Position numbers and translations under genes: made by a program | Origin: Lytechinus pictus | Taxonomy: Eukaryota | Length of the DNA stretch: 60,000 bases | NCBI RefSeq assembly: GCF_037042905.1 | Contig: NC_087263.1 | Location: forward strand, 9,674,001 to 9,734,000 | Reading direction: 5' to 3' | The notes under the pieces: model-generated | What the model was told of the DNA's origin: nothing | Database searches by the model: none | What the model saw: the letters and a program-made list of their open reading frames with translations, nothing else | Shown here: piece after piece, positions 49,291-60,000 of the stretch | Position numbering within the stretch: position 1 is the stretch's first letter | Layout: the number at the start of each line of letters is the position of its first letter

Positions 49291-52200
49291 CTGAAAAGAT
49301 AATCAATATACAAATACTGTTAAACCTGTTGAAACAAGCAAAATGATATTATGAGGAGGTCTTTGTGGACTGGCTCATTTCATACAGTGACTGCATATAA
49401 AGACCACCCAAAGAGACACACAAAACAATAATGGTCTTAAAGAGCAGGCAGTCTGGTCTTCTTAATGGACAAGTTCCTGCCATACTGTGTATGTTTCAAT
49501 GGGAAAAATTATTCAAGGGAAACCCAGTTTGTGGTCTACATAGACAGATTTTCATCCAATAAATCAGTGGTTAAGCATGTTTGACCGTTGTGTCAAGCCC
49601 ATAGTGGAGGGGGGGGGGGGAGGGCGATAGAACCCCCAGAAATTTTCAAAAGAAAAAGAAAATAGCATTAGCGGTACCTTTCCCCTCAAAACTATTTAAC
49701 TTTTTCTGTACAAATACAATGTACGCTTATTCATCCTCTGAATTACTAGTAGTTTTCTCAACAGGTGTGTTTAAAACTAGCCATTTACAGCAGAGTCAAT
49801 ATGAGACAACATAGAGTATTTGTCAGTTTACTCCTAATTTAAGCTCAAATTTAAAACAAATATCACTTACCTGGGATGGGGGTAAAATCCTTTTATGTTT
49901 CTCGTATGCTTCATATTTAAAAGCCGCAGGATGATTGGCCGTCCATACGCTCCCGTTCACATCAACAAATACGTTGTCAACCAATGATGAAAGGCTCACA
50001 GATCTATCAGTCTATAACGTAAAGGTAGAAGAAAAAGTGACTGAAGATCATACGATGGTGATAGGGAGCCTAATCAATTGATTGGCTGAAATCAGTCATG
50101 TGACCTGGCATTATGAATGATGCAGGATGATTGGCCATCCATTTATTCCCATTCACACCAACAAATACATTGTCAACCAATGATGAAAGGCTCACATATC
50201 TATCAGTTTGAAACAAATTTGAAACAAAGTATCAGTTTAAAAAAAAATTTGAAACAAAATGTTTGATGAATATTCACCCAAATTCAAATTCGAAACAAGT
50301 ACAGTAGACATTGTCAATCTTCAATAAACTGAATAATTGCCTCAGTCAAAAGAGCGACTGCATGAAATTGGTTTTGTTTATTCTATCTTTTATCCAAATA
50401 ATATTATAATAAAGCACACATCGAAGTTGAGGATTTTTCAAACGAGACACAAATTCACCAGAGCCTGCGATTCAACTTACCTGCGGTGTCAATGCATTGG
50501 TTGCTGGGTCTCGCTTGTAACCATGTACACCCATACCATATAGTAAAGAAACATAGATGTACCTGCAAAATAAGTGGAAATATAAATGAGTGTTTTGAGC
50601 TTATAACGTTTCTAAGCTATTGGAAGATGGTGATTTCACCCCTAAAAGTTAGATTAGGATGATTCAGTAAAGAATCTTTTTGTACATGTACCTCTGATTT
50701 CACTCTCTCCCCCTTCTCTCTTTAAGTGCATTTCCTCATGGGAACATCATGATAGCAATGGCAAATACATTGCTGCATGTTATGATGAAGATAATGATAA
50801 TGATGACTGTGATGTTGATGATGATGGTAATTGTAATGGTGGCAAGAATGATGATGGTGACAATGATGGTAATGATGATGATGATGATGCTCATGGTAAC
50901 GACGATATCTGCAATTCCATACAATTCAACTCTTCAATAATACTGTTTATGATAAAGATACACACATAGTCTCACTTTTTATCTGGTGATATATGGATAC
51001 CACTTGGCTAAATGATTGCATTGGACCCCAGTCTGCAGCTTGGATTACAACAAAGCACACTACCCCATGAGTACATCTTGATAGTGGTCAAGGTGATGAT
51101 GATATGATGATGATGATGATATGATGATGATGATGATGATGATATGATGATGATGATATGATGATGATGATGATGATATGATGATGATATGACGATGATG
51201 ATGATGTGATGATGATGATGATGATGATCATGAGGATGATGATGATAGTGATGATGATGATAATGATAGTGATGATATTGATGATAGTGATGATAATGAT
51301 GGTGTTTATGATGATGATGGCAGTGATGATGATGATGATAATAGTGATGATAATCATATAGATGATGATAATGATGATATAATGATGATAATGATGATAT
51401 TATGATGATGATGATGGTGATCATATTATGATGATGATGACTATGAAGATTAGGCTGATAATAATGATCAAGAGGATGATAAAAGTAATAAAGCTACTGA
51501 TGATGATGATGATGACAATATCAGCAATTTAATTCAATCAAACTGATCAATAATGAGGCTCTATGATAAGGACAAACACATAATCTCACTTTTTATCTGG
51601 TGAAATATGAATCCCACTTGGTTCAAAGATAGGATTGGACACCAGTCTGCAGCTTGGATCACAATACAGCACACTTCCCCAAGGAAACATCATGTAGTGC
51701 TCAAACAATCGTCCTCCGGGATCAAGACTGTACGCTTGGTTGGTAACATAAAACTGATCAGGTCCCACTGCCAACACATCGCTCAATCTGAAAGATAAGA
51801 GATACAGAGAGTGATTTCAAGATTGGTATTGATGAGCATGATTCCGAGAGTCCATATAGAGTGGATGATGTACTACAAGAGTGAAAGAGTTGTCAAAATT
51901 AGAATTAGGGAGGATTTGCAACTGATATAAAATAATGTGTTACCTTTGTGGTTGAGATCTTGGGTGCCGGATCCTCTCTGGTGTAATCTTAGTCTTACAT
52001 GTATTTGGAGAACTTCAGATACTTAAGAAATAGAATATTTCCTACTATTGTGAAATATGCATTACAGGAAAGATTTTAAATATGAGTTTTACAATGTTTC
52101 TATAATTTTTTTTTCAAACTTTCTAAAATAATTATTTTTTCTTCTGGAGGATAACAAGGCAAACGCCAAGCGTTGTCTCGCCTGCATATTGCAGTCATGA

Positions 52201-55200
52201 AGAGACTGCATGTCAGAACTATGCTATATGACTTCTGAGGCTGTCAGCAGTTTAGGGGGTGAATTTTGGTTCTGAAAGTTTACATATGCATTAATGGTAT
52301 AGGCCTACTTTATCCCTAGAAAATCAGATAACACTAAGAATGCTATTAATACTATGAAGCTATAATTATTTCCATGCAAGTAAGGAAATGAATGTTAGTG
52401 AAAAAGAATGTAATTGATAATAATGTGAGTATTATTCAGGTGTTATGGCAAAACTTATTGTTTGAAAAAAATGGAGGAAAGGTTGTGCATGAAAGATAAA
52501 TGTAAAAACTTATAGTGTATGATTTTTAGCCATCTTGCCTTCACTTTAGCAGTAGGGTTTTCTAAATTGATCTGTGTGCATATACGGTAAGTAAATGATG
52601 CAAGAATGAAGTACTACAAGATAAAATAAGTAATAGGGTATGAGTAGGAAGTTTGAAAGAGTGCACATTTTGATTAAAGGCTATGATAGATGTGAGGGCA
52701 AAATGTCTCCGGCACCACGGCAGGGACGCGGATCACACTTCATAATATTCACACTGTAATGAAATGCCAATCTTTAGAATTATGTTGGATGATGGTAGGG
52801 GCATAACTTTTCTCAATTTGTTTTGTACAGTCTACATTATTGCCAGAACATGCACATACAGCAAATCTGAAGAGTAACACTTAAGAAACTTTGACAGCTT
52901 TTCTATTGTACCATTGGCAAATTTGTGTGAATATTAAGAACTATAGCTCATTAAATAAATAACAACAGCAGTTTTTAAAGAATAAACAAGTAAAATACAA
53001 AATCTGGTTCAGGTATAGAGAGTACTGAGTTCTGAAGTAAAATGTTAGTGTTAAAAAGTATAAAATTATAAAGTTCATGTCATTAGAGGAACAAAGTAGT
53101 GTGAAAGTTCATTGACCTTTGACCTTAATCAAATTCGACTCATATTCGAACTTGACCTGTGACTTCAGGAGATGGACCTCTGGTATGAATTTGGTGATCC
53201 CACCTCGAAGATATAGAAAGTTATTATGTGTACAACATAGCACAGTGCCAGTCATGGAAAGTTCATTGACCTTTGACCTTATTCAAATTCGGCTCACATT
53301 TGAACTTGACCTGCACCTTCAAGAGATGGACCTCTGTTATGAATTTGGTGATCCCACCTCAAAGATATAGAAAGTTATTATGTGTACAACATAGCACAGT
53401 GCCAGTAATGGAAAGTTTATTGACCTTTGACCTTATTCAAATTCGACTCATATTCGAACTTGACCTGTGCCTTCAGGAGATGGACCTCTGGTATGAATTT
53501 GGTGATCCCACCTCGAAGCTATAGAAAGTTATTGGGTGTACAACACAATTGTTGACGATGACGACGCCGACGGAAATAGTGATACCTATGTATACAAAAA
53601 TGGAGGAAATAAAGGCGGAAGTTTGTAGCCATTTTTCTGGAGCGTTATGATAGAATCAGGAGGAATGGTATCTTTGGAAAGAGTAACATAAATATCATAG
53701 GTCCCAAAATAAAAGAAATGGATTGATTTAAAATTTGGTGTTGGTCTGATGTTCATGCTGAGAGTGTGAAAAAGAGAGTGGATATTACAAATGTTTTCAA
53801 GCTTGGTGTCTAGGTTACAGAATGATTTCAAATTTGGTGCTGGTTTGGTGTTGAGAGCATGGATGGATACAGAATGTCTTAAAGTTTGGTGTTGGTTTGT
53901 TGATTATGTTTTAGAGTGTGAATGAGAGAGTAAAAATAGTGCTGGTTAGGTGTTGACAGTGTCAATAGGAATAAAGTGAGTGGATATACAGAATGATTTC
54001 AAGTTTGGTGTTTGGCTGGTGTTGGTGTTGAGAGCATAGATATACAGCGATTTATTTCAAGTTTGGTGTTTGTTTGATACATACCTTCTCATGAGTGGGT
54101 CATTAATCTCTTTCAGGAATCTCATGGTTGGTTTATTTTCTTTCATATTCCATTCATATACCTCTACACAGTCTCCCATATTCTGTTTGTTAACAACATA
54201 GACATAGCTGGAACCTGTAGAATATGATAGAAACGCACAGATGACAAGAAACACATTCAGTCATTGTAAACAGGGCTATATCCAAGTTACCTTGGATATA
54301 CTCTAGAGAGATAATATACATTATTCCTGAAGATATACCTGTATAATGGTGCCTTTTGACAGACAATTAAGTCACACCCTTAACAAGGCGTCCATTAAAG
54401 CGACGTCAGCATGCCCAAATTCGAACGGTCAAAAACTTGGCTATGCCAACACGTATACATGTATAATGCCCAAACGTCTGTTGGCCGCTATTACTAGTAT
54501 GCCAAGGAACATATAGCCTGGGGTGTTGCCTGACATGTCACTAAAAACAACTAACATCGGTATATGTGTGTTTCTTTTACAATATAGTTACACGTTCAAA
54601 CCAAAAACATACATGTAGCAATCAACAATTCTGTGGCACTGAACAAATATAACCGTGGCAAATCAAGGAAATCTACAATGCCATTAATACTCCTCCTAAA
54701 CCAATTATTTCCATTAACTCTTATATTCAAGAATAAACACTACTTGTTATGGTTCTATTCCAATGCTTATTCACTCAAATATTAAATTTAATTAATCCGC
54801 ATCTACATCCATAAAAGTGGTAGTTTGTCACTACAGGTTCATACAGTCCATCTAATCATATAGGATAACTGGAGTTGCACTAAATTGATATTGATAGCAC
54901 AGTGGGTAATAAGCAAGTGGTGATAGATCGCGATTTGCGATTGGGGGGAACGCCTAAACCAAAAGAATGTACTGTATTACACAACTGCTCACCTGCGTCA
55001 CGAACACTACTGAGTCCGATAGGGTGGAAAGATCCTTGAGGTCTGCTACTGATGACGACTCTCACAAACCCATCCTCTGGTCTTGAAAGATTGAAAGTAT
55101 GGATCACTCCTATCTTAGGATTGGATCTGTAGTTAGACTGAAATGAAGCAAGAGACACTGACTACATGTATTTCAAGAATTGTAATTGGCTTCTGATGAG

Positions 55201-58200
55201 GACAACCATCACAAACTCTTAATTCTGCCTGATCCAAAGTATGGATCACTCAAACCTTAGGATTAGACCTGCAGTTAGACTGATACAGAGTTAGAGACAT
55301 TGGATATTACAATCATAATTGGCTAATGATGATAACACTCACAATTTCTTCTGCCTGGTCTAGAAATATGAATCAGTTCTATTTTATTATTAGGATTAGA
55401 TCTGTAGTTTATAGACAAAATAAAGTATAATTTGTTAACAAATTTTCGGCATTACTCCTATTTGTTTAAGATCAGTATGCTCGATCTGTAAATGAAAATC
55501 ATAAGATCAGTATGCTCGATCTGTAATGAAAATCATATGATCATAAGTCAGAAAAAATTGGAACCAGTGGGATTCGAACCTGCCATCTACTGCTTTCCGG
55601 GCAGCGACTCAACCACCAGGCTATTCTGGTTCACGGCTAAGCCACGATGAACTGGAATTAAAAGCCTCTTAATTTACTATCTATTGTCCACGGCGGACGG
55701 TATTTGAATATTAATGAGTCAGAAAGAAGAGGATCGAGGGTATTTGAATTCCAGTTCATCCAGTTAGCCGTGAACCAGAATAGCCTGGTGGTTGAGTCGC
55801 TGCCCGGAAAGCAGTAGATGGCAGGTTCGAATCCCACTGGTTCCAATTTTTTCTGACTTATGATCATATGATTTTCATTACAGATCGAGCATACTGATCT
55901 TATGATTTTCATTTACAGATCGAGCATACTGATCTTAAACAAATAGGAGTAATGCCGAAAATTTGTTAACAAATTATAATTTCCTCCTATAAAAAGCCTC
56001 TTAATTTACTAAAATAAAGTATATCAAAATGAAAATCCCCTTTTGAATTTCAGAAGAAATATAAAAGAAAATTAATGAAACTATAGTATAGTGTAATTTA
56101 TAGGTTTTTAAAATAATTTGTGGATTTGTTTATATTTTTAGCTTGTTAATATGCAAGAGAATTAATAATAATGATAACAATATTAATAGTGATAGCTATT
56201 CGAAAGACACTGGCTATCTAGAAATATTATATTACAGTTATTATCAGCCATATGAGACATCTGAGCTGGTAATTTACAAAATTGTATTGCCCTAGATTTA
56301 TATTTTCCTTTGCCTTTCTTTGTGTACTGACTTTGCATGCAGAAACGACACAAAATATACCTTTGTATTTTCCCTGGTCTTAAATTCGGGCATCTGAGGA
56401 CGCGTAAAAAGAAATACGCCTCATATCGATCCGCGCAGCAACAATATATGTCATAATGTTAATCAAGATTAGACAACGCTGAATACTGCGTCTCCAAGCC
56501 AGGGATGCGACATTTCAATTACGTCACAGTGGCCCATATACCCTCAAGGCCGGTCAATATTGTATAAATAACTAATATAAAAATCAAAGACAATAGGGAA
56601 CTTACTGATGCTACAATCACAAGGCCATCAGGCATTAACTCCATGTCAGCTACACCATAGTCTAATTAGAAACAAATAATACAAGGCATATTAAATCATT
56701 AAACCTCAGAGTAAAAACCAAATGAAGGAAACTTGAATCAATAATGAATGAAATAATAATAATAATTAAACTGTGTATCAAAATAGAAGGGGAGTCAGTT
56801 GCAGGTGACAAGGTTGGATCACAACTTAACTTCAATCTTCAATATTACTGTCAGGGTTCAAATTAGGAATTTTAAGGGGCACTTTATAAAGAAAAGAGAA
56901 GGCGGTGCTCACATTAGGGACATCCACAGCCATTCCCACAGGACAAAAAGACTCAGGCAAACTAGGGCACTTATTTTGGCCTCAAGTCTACAAATATTTG
57001 GAATGGCATCAAGGTATTTTGAGGGCTTGGTTTACTCAAGTCCTTTACTGATCCCTTCGTTCTGTGGAAACATGTTTATGGTATGAATATTGTAAAGAAT
57101 GCCATACATACACATATAAATGTTGTACTAATCATTCTTTTAGACACATTATATCCATTATACCCCTTTCAATTAAAAAAAATTGTCTGTGCTTAAGTCC
57201 TAATTTTTAATAAAATTTTACTGGTAGGATCAGCCAGAAGTAGTCTTCCCTAATGCATTTTAGCACTGCTTTCAGAAATTACTGAAAGGGAGCAGGCCAG
57301 GGGCCAATTTCATTAAGTTGTTATTTGAAATGACAGTTTTAAGCTACTGAAATCCTTCAATCTGATTGGCCAATAGTGCATTTGTTATAGAAATTGTGCA
57401 TTTGTTATTATAAAAGGTCTTTATGAAATGGTACCAAGGACAGGAGTGGATGGGTGAGGAGGGGTGGGGGGAAAGGGCAACAGAAGGCAACACTGAAAAT
57501 AATCTCTGAAGTTTATAAACTTAAGGGGGGCAATAATAATAGCAGGGCCTGCTGGGAGAACAGAACTTTTTCAGAACTGAAGTGGCTTCCTTGGGTAAAC
57601 ATACATGTACCTATATCGTTATTATTATTATAAACAAATGAACAAAAAAACCCGATTGCACCAGAAGGAGCAGCTTGCCCCCACAGACCCAGATGCTGCT
57701 ACTTCAGCCATGCAGCTATCAAGGCAATGGCTTAATAAGGGGAGTGAACTCTGTATTGACTGAGTGTAATATTAATGGCTTGTCTTATAATATACCTGTT
57801 TAGACAACCAGTAGTAAAACAAAGGATAAATTAGCCTGAAATGTTTATTTGTGTGGATAAACTAAACTGAATGTTTTTTGCTTCTTGATAACATAATAAT
57901 TATATTGTAATATGAATTGCATTGAGCAGTGAATTTGTGTGGTATCAATTCTTGTGGGCCTATATTACAAGACGACACTGCTCAGAATGTTGCATTATGG
58001 GTGGTGAATCTGGCCAGATATGAGTAGTCGAGGACTTGAGGTGGGGCTATTTAAGGCAGGGGTGTGAGTGGTCACAAATAAAAAGATCTGAAAAAAGCTG
58101 AAGAGTATTGAAAAAAACTGAAATGGAAAGAGCTCCCATACTTTTTGTACAGAGGAAAGCCAAATATAAGCTGAAATTCAGCTGAAAATCAAAACAAAAA

Positions 58201-58348
58201 AATCTGAAATCAGATAAAAATCTGAACTCTCACACCCCTAATTTAAGGCTGCTGGTTCGTTTGCCCTTTAAACTTACCTATGAAACTTAGAACCTTACAC
58301 TTGCCGGGCCTGTGCTTGAAGACAAACTTGTGATATCCCATAATGTAT
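49123..58348 (-). CDS. PON: Paraoxonase/arylesterase-family (six-bladed beta-propeller) gene, exons 2-9, 5' partial
   Basis: complement join of 58278..58348, 56606..56661, 54993..55137, 54085..54214, 51590..51787, 50481..50562, 49871..50011, 49123..49290. GT-AG introns, phases consistent, 991 nt open to TGA. Motifs AVGPDQFYVTN, WGSVLY, GIHISPDKKYIYV, LVDNVFVD..G.VW..HP, PPSQVL, and terminal LLCD. Confidence 0.92.
49871..50011 (-). CDS. PON: PON exon 8 (TDRSVSLSSLVDNVFVD...NHP...PPSQ)
   Basis: TAG acceptor, GTAAG donor; LVDN and HP motifs. Confidence 0.92.
50481..50562 (-). CDS. PON: PON exon 7 (YIYVSLLYGMGVHGYKRDPATNALTPQ)
   Basis: CAG acceptor, GTAAG donor; phase 2 to 0. Confidence 0.9.
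50745..50910. repeat. Degenerate (GAT)n microsatellite
   Basis: Seen directly. Confidence 0.9.
51090..51515. repeat. (GAT)n microsatellite in PON intron 6
   Basis: Seen directly; source of the poly-His/Ile ORFs. Confidence 0.95.
51590..51787 (-). CDS. PON: PON exon 6 (LSDVLAVGPDQFYVTN...GIHISPDK)
   Basis: ORF 51586..51786; CAG acceptor, GTGAG donor; arylesterase-domain motif. Confidence 0.95.
52153..53590 (-). mobile_element. Helentron/DINE-type element with an internal 154-bp tandem repeat
   Basis: Minus-strand 3' end ATGCAGGCGAGAC-AACGCttgGCGTT-TGCCTTGTT, sharing its subterminal motif with 37857-38312; CGTCGGCGTCGTC 5' region. Confidence 0.6.
53103..53545. repeat. 154-bp tandem repeat, about 2.9 copies
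   Basis: Unit starts at 53103, 53257 and 53411. Confidence 0.95.
53720..54075. repeat. Degenerate tandem repeat (TTTCAARTTTGGTGTTGG...GGATATACAGAATG)
   Basis: About 6 variable-length units abutting the PON exon 5 donor. Confidence 0.7.
54085..54214 (-). CDS. PON: PON exon 5 (SSYVYVVNKQ...VEVYEW...LKEINDPLMR)
   Basis: CAG acceptor, GTATG donor; phase 1 to 2. Confidence 0.9.
54993..55137 (-). CDS. PON: PON exon 4 (SNYRSNPKIGVIHTFNL...SFHPIGLSSVRDA)
   Basis: CAG acceptor, GTGAG donor; aligns with PON1 GKILLMDL...SFNPHGIS. Confidence 0.88.
55417..56023. mobile_element. Insertion with a perfect 215-bp inverted repeat containing a tRNA-like segment, flanked by a 13-bp direct repeat
   Basis: Arms at 55426-55640 and 55764-55978; AAAATAAAGTATA at 55417-55429 and 56011-56023. 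Confidence 0.8.
56606..56661 (-). CDS. PON: PON exon 3 (DYGVADMELMPDGLVIVAS)
   Basis: 56 nt, TAG acceptor, GTAAG donor; aligns with PON1 GSEDLEILPNGLAFISS. Confidence 0.88.
58057..58240. mobile_element. hAT-like MITE with 8-bp TSD ATTTAAGG
   Basis: TIR CAGGGGTGTGAG / CTCACACCCCTA; TSD at 58049-58056 and 58241-58248; internal (GCTGAAA)n repeats. Confidence 0.85.
58278..58348 (-). CDS. PON: PON exon 2 (YIMGYHKFVFKHRPGKCKVLSFI)
   Basis: 71 nt, CAG acceptor, GTAAG donor; carries the N-terminal disulfide Cys. Confidence 0.85.
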
Positions 58349-59035
58349 CTGAAAAGAAACAGGTCTTTTTTTTATATTCAAGTCACATAAATGCAATAGA
58401 CCAGGGGAGCGTTTCATCAGATGTTTTATCTGACAGTTACTATATAGTAACAGTGCTTCTCAACCAATCAGAATCCAGGAAAGTCGTCAGATCTGACAAC
58501 TTGTCGGCGAAAATATTGATGAAACGCCCCCCCAGGGCTCCATCTTATGATTAAATGTGATTGATCTGATCAACTGCAACTTTGGAGATTCCGCAAAGTC
58601 AATAAAACTGCATGTTTCCTCAAAATGTTTTCTAGATATGATGTAAACTCATCTGCATTCATCGTCTGCTTTTGCACTGTGCTTAGTTCGATCCTCTTTG
58701 ATTACAAAGGACATTGTGCCCATTTCTGGAGGAAAAATTATGACAATGATGGCTTTCCATATAGTTGAGGTTGTTTGGATCAATCACTGCTCTATGTAAG
58801 ACAGGACACAGATTATACAGATATATCAGTTCTAGCATTCTTCGGCAACGCATCATGATATCCACACTTTGCAACTCTCCACCCAGGTGTTAAATGGGTA
58901 CCCGGCAGGATGTGAGAGCTAATGTATTTTGCCTAGCAATTGAGTCTTGGAACTCTTGTTGGAATGCTCCCCATAGAGTGGAGAACGTGCATTGTGTGCA
59001 GGCATGCCAGGATCTGATGGGTAATATAGCATAAT

Positions 59036-59637
59036 CACTCACACGTATTGCGAGGTTAGTATTAGTATATTAATACTTCATAATATTAAGTGATGAGAAA
59101 CATAAGTATTGAGCGCTTAATAAAAGAAAACAAATAATAAAATTTAAAAATTATAAATAATCATTATTGTAATAATAATTATTTATAATAATTATAATCA
59201 AGTCTTAAAATTTATTTGTTAAATAATAATTTTTATCTATAAATTGTTCTCCAAAACAGTATTTTGTAACTTTGCTTATCGAGCTACGTACATGTACATG
59301 TACTTCATGACGAAGCGGTTCAAGCCTATTGTATGTGCGGTGTATGCGAATGGATCGAGGGATCTACACGAGATCGGTCTGGTAAGAAACCTCTCCTTTT
59401 TAACCTTTTTATTAATATATTTTTTCACCTTCATACGTATTAGGCATATGAAGGTGTATAGATAAATAAAATGATAGAAATTTACGCGATTTCTATCTTC
59501 AAGATGGTGGCTGCATGAACTTCATTGATAGCGAGCGGTCTGTGAACGAGGAGAAAAAAATGTTAAAAAACTCGAAACAAACGGCTGTCAGCTGCCTAGC
59601 TAGGTTACTAATACTAACCTCGCAATACGTGTGAGTG
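59036..59637. mobile_element. Element with perfect 32-bp TIRs beginning CACTCACACG
   Basis: CACTCACACGTATTGCGAGGTTAGTATTAGTA at 59036-59067; its reverse complement at 59606-59637. Confidence 0.75.
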
Positions 59638-60000
59638 GGTTGATCCCACTCACACTAATACGAGGTTAGTATACATACTAACCTCGTACAAGGGACCGTG
59701 TTTGACCCTGGATTTGAAGTAGTCGGCAAACATCGCTTCATTGCTGAAGTAATATTTGCCGAAACTCCTTCTTGCTACGCACCGGGGCTCTTTCCGGTAA
59801 GTAGCAATACATAAAAAAATGATACATATGATTTTGAAATGATTTCATTATGAAAAGAGCAAATTTCGCTTACCTCGGCCTAGCAAGTGACTTTGTTTGT
59901 CTCTTCTACGGAAATGCAAGGAAGCCCGTTGGTGGCGCTAATAAATTTCACAACCTTGATTCAGCTCCTCGGTAATTTTATAACTGTGTCTAAATTCTTT

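Noticed and set aside
50736..51424. Poly-His and poly-Ile ORFs
   Set aside because: Microsatellite translation; the PON-like tail is a stop-containing exon duplicate.
53119..53524. Two near-identical 83-aa ORFs
   Set aside because: Artefact of the 154-bp tandem repeat.
55772..55845. Functional tRNA gene (GGA in an anticodon-like loop)
   Set aside because: The T stem is mismatched, the acceptor stem is out of register, U33 is absent, and it is embedded in a repeat; treated as tRNA-derived.
59874..60000. PON exon 1 (minus-strand GTAAG donor at 59869-59873)
   Set aside because: The required phase-2 frame has a TAG about 11 codons upstream and no hydrophobic signal anchor; exon 1 is probably outside the window.

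Overview
AT-rich, intron-rich animal genomic DNA. The repeat landscape suggests a marine invertebrate deuterostome, probably a sea urchin; this is inference. Two convergent spliced genes can be rebuilt from GT-AG sites and consistent intron phases. (1) A complete 17-exon NELL1/NELL2-like gene on + (CDS 1272..43062, 2466 nt, 821 aa: signal peptide, LamG/TSPN, coiled coil, VWC x2, EGF x6, VWC x3). (2) Exons 2-9 of a paraoxonase/arylesterase (PON)-family gene on - (58348..49123; exon 1 apparently lies beyond the window end). The PON frame is intact but appears to lack most canonical catalytic residues, so it is a candidate pseudo-enzyme. Introns hold non-autonomous DNA transposons (TTAA-targeting, CWG-targeting and hAT-like MITEs), Helentron-type elements, tRNA-derived SINEs, a 38-bp satellite with higher-order structure, two long inverted repeats, (GAT)n tracts, degenerate copies of exons next to the real exons, and many apparent transposon-excision scars (TACATGTA, and P-element-like TIR+TSD footprints). 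There is no CRISPR array, rRNA or convincing tRNA gene. Family assignments come from recalled motifs, not database searches.
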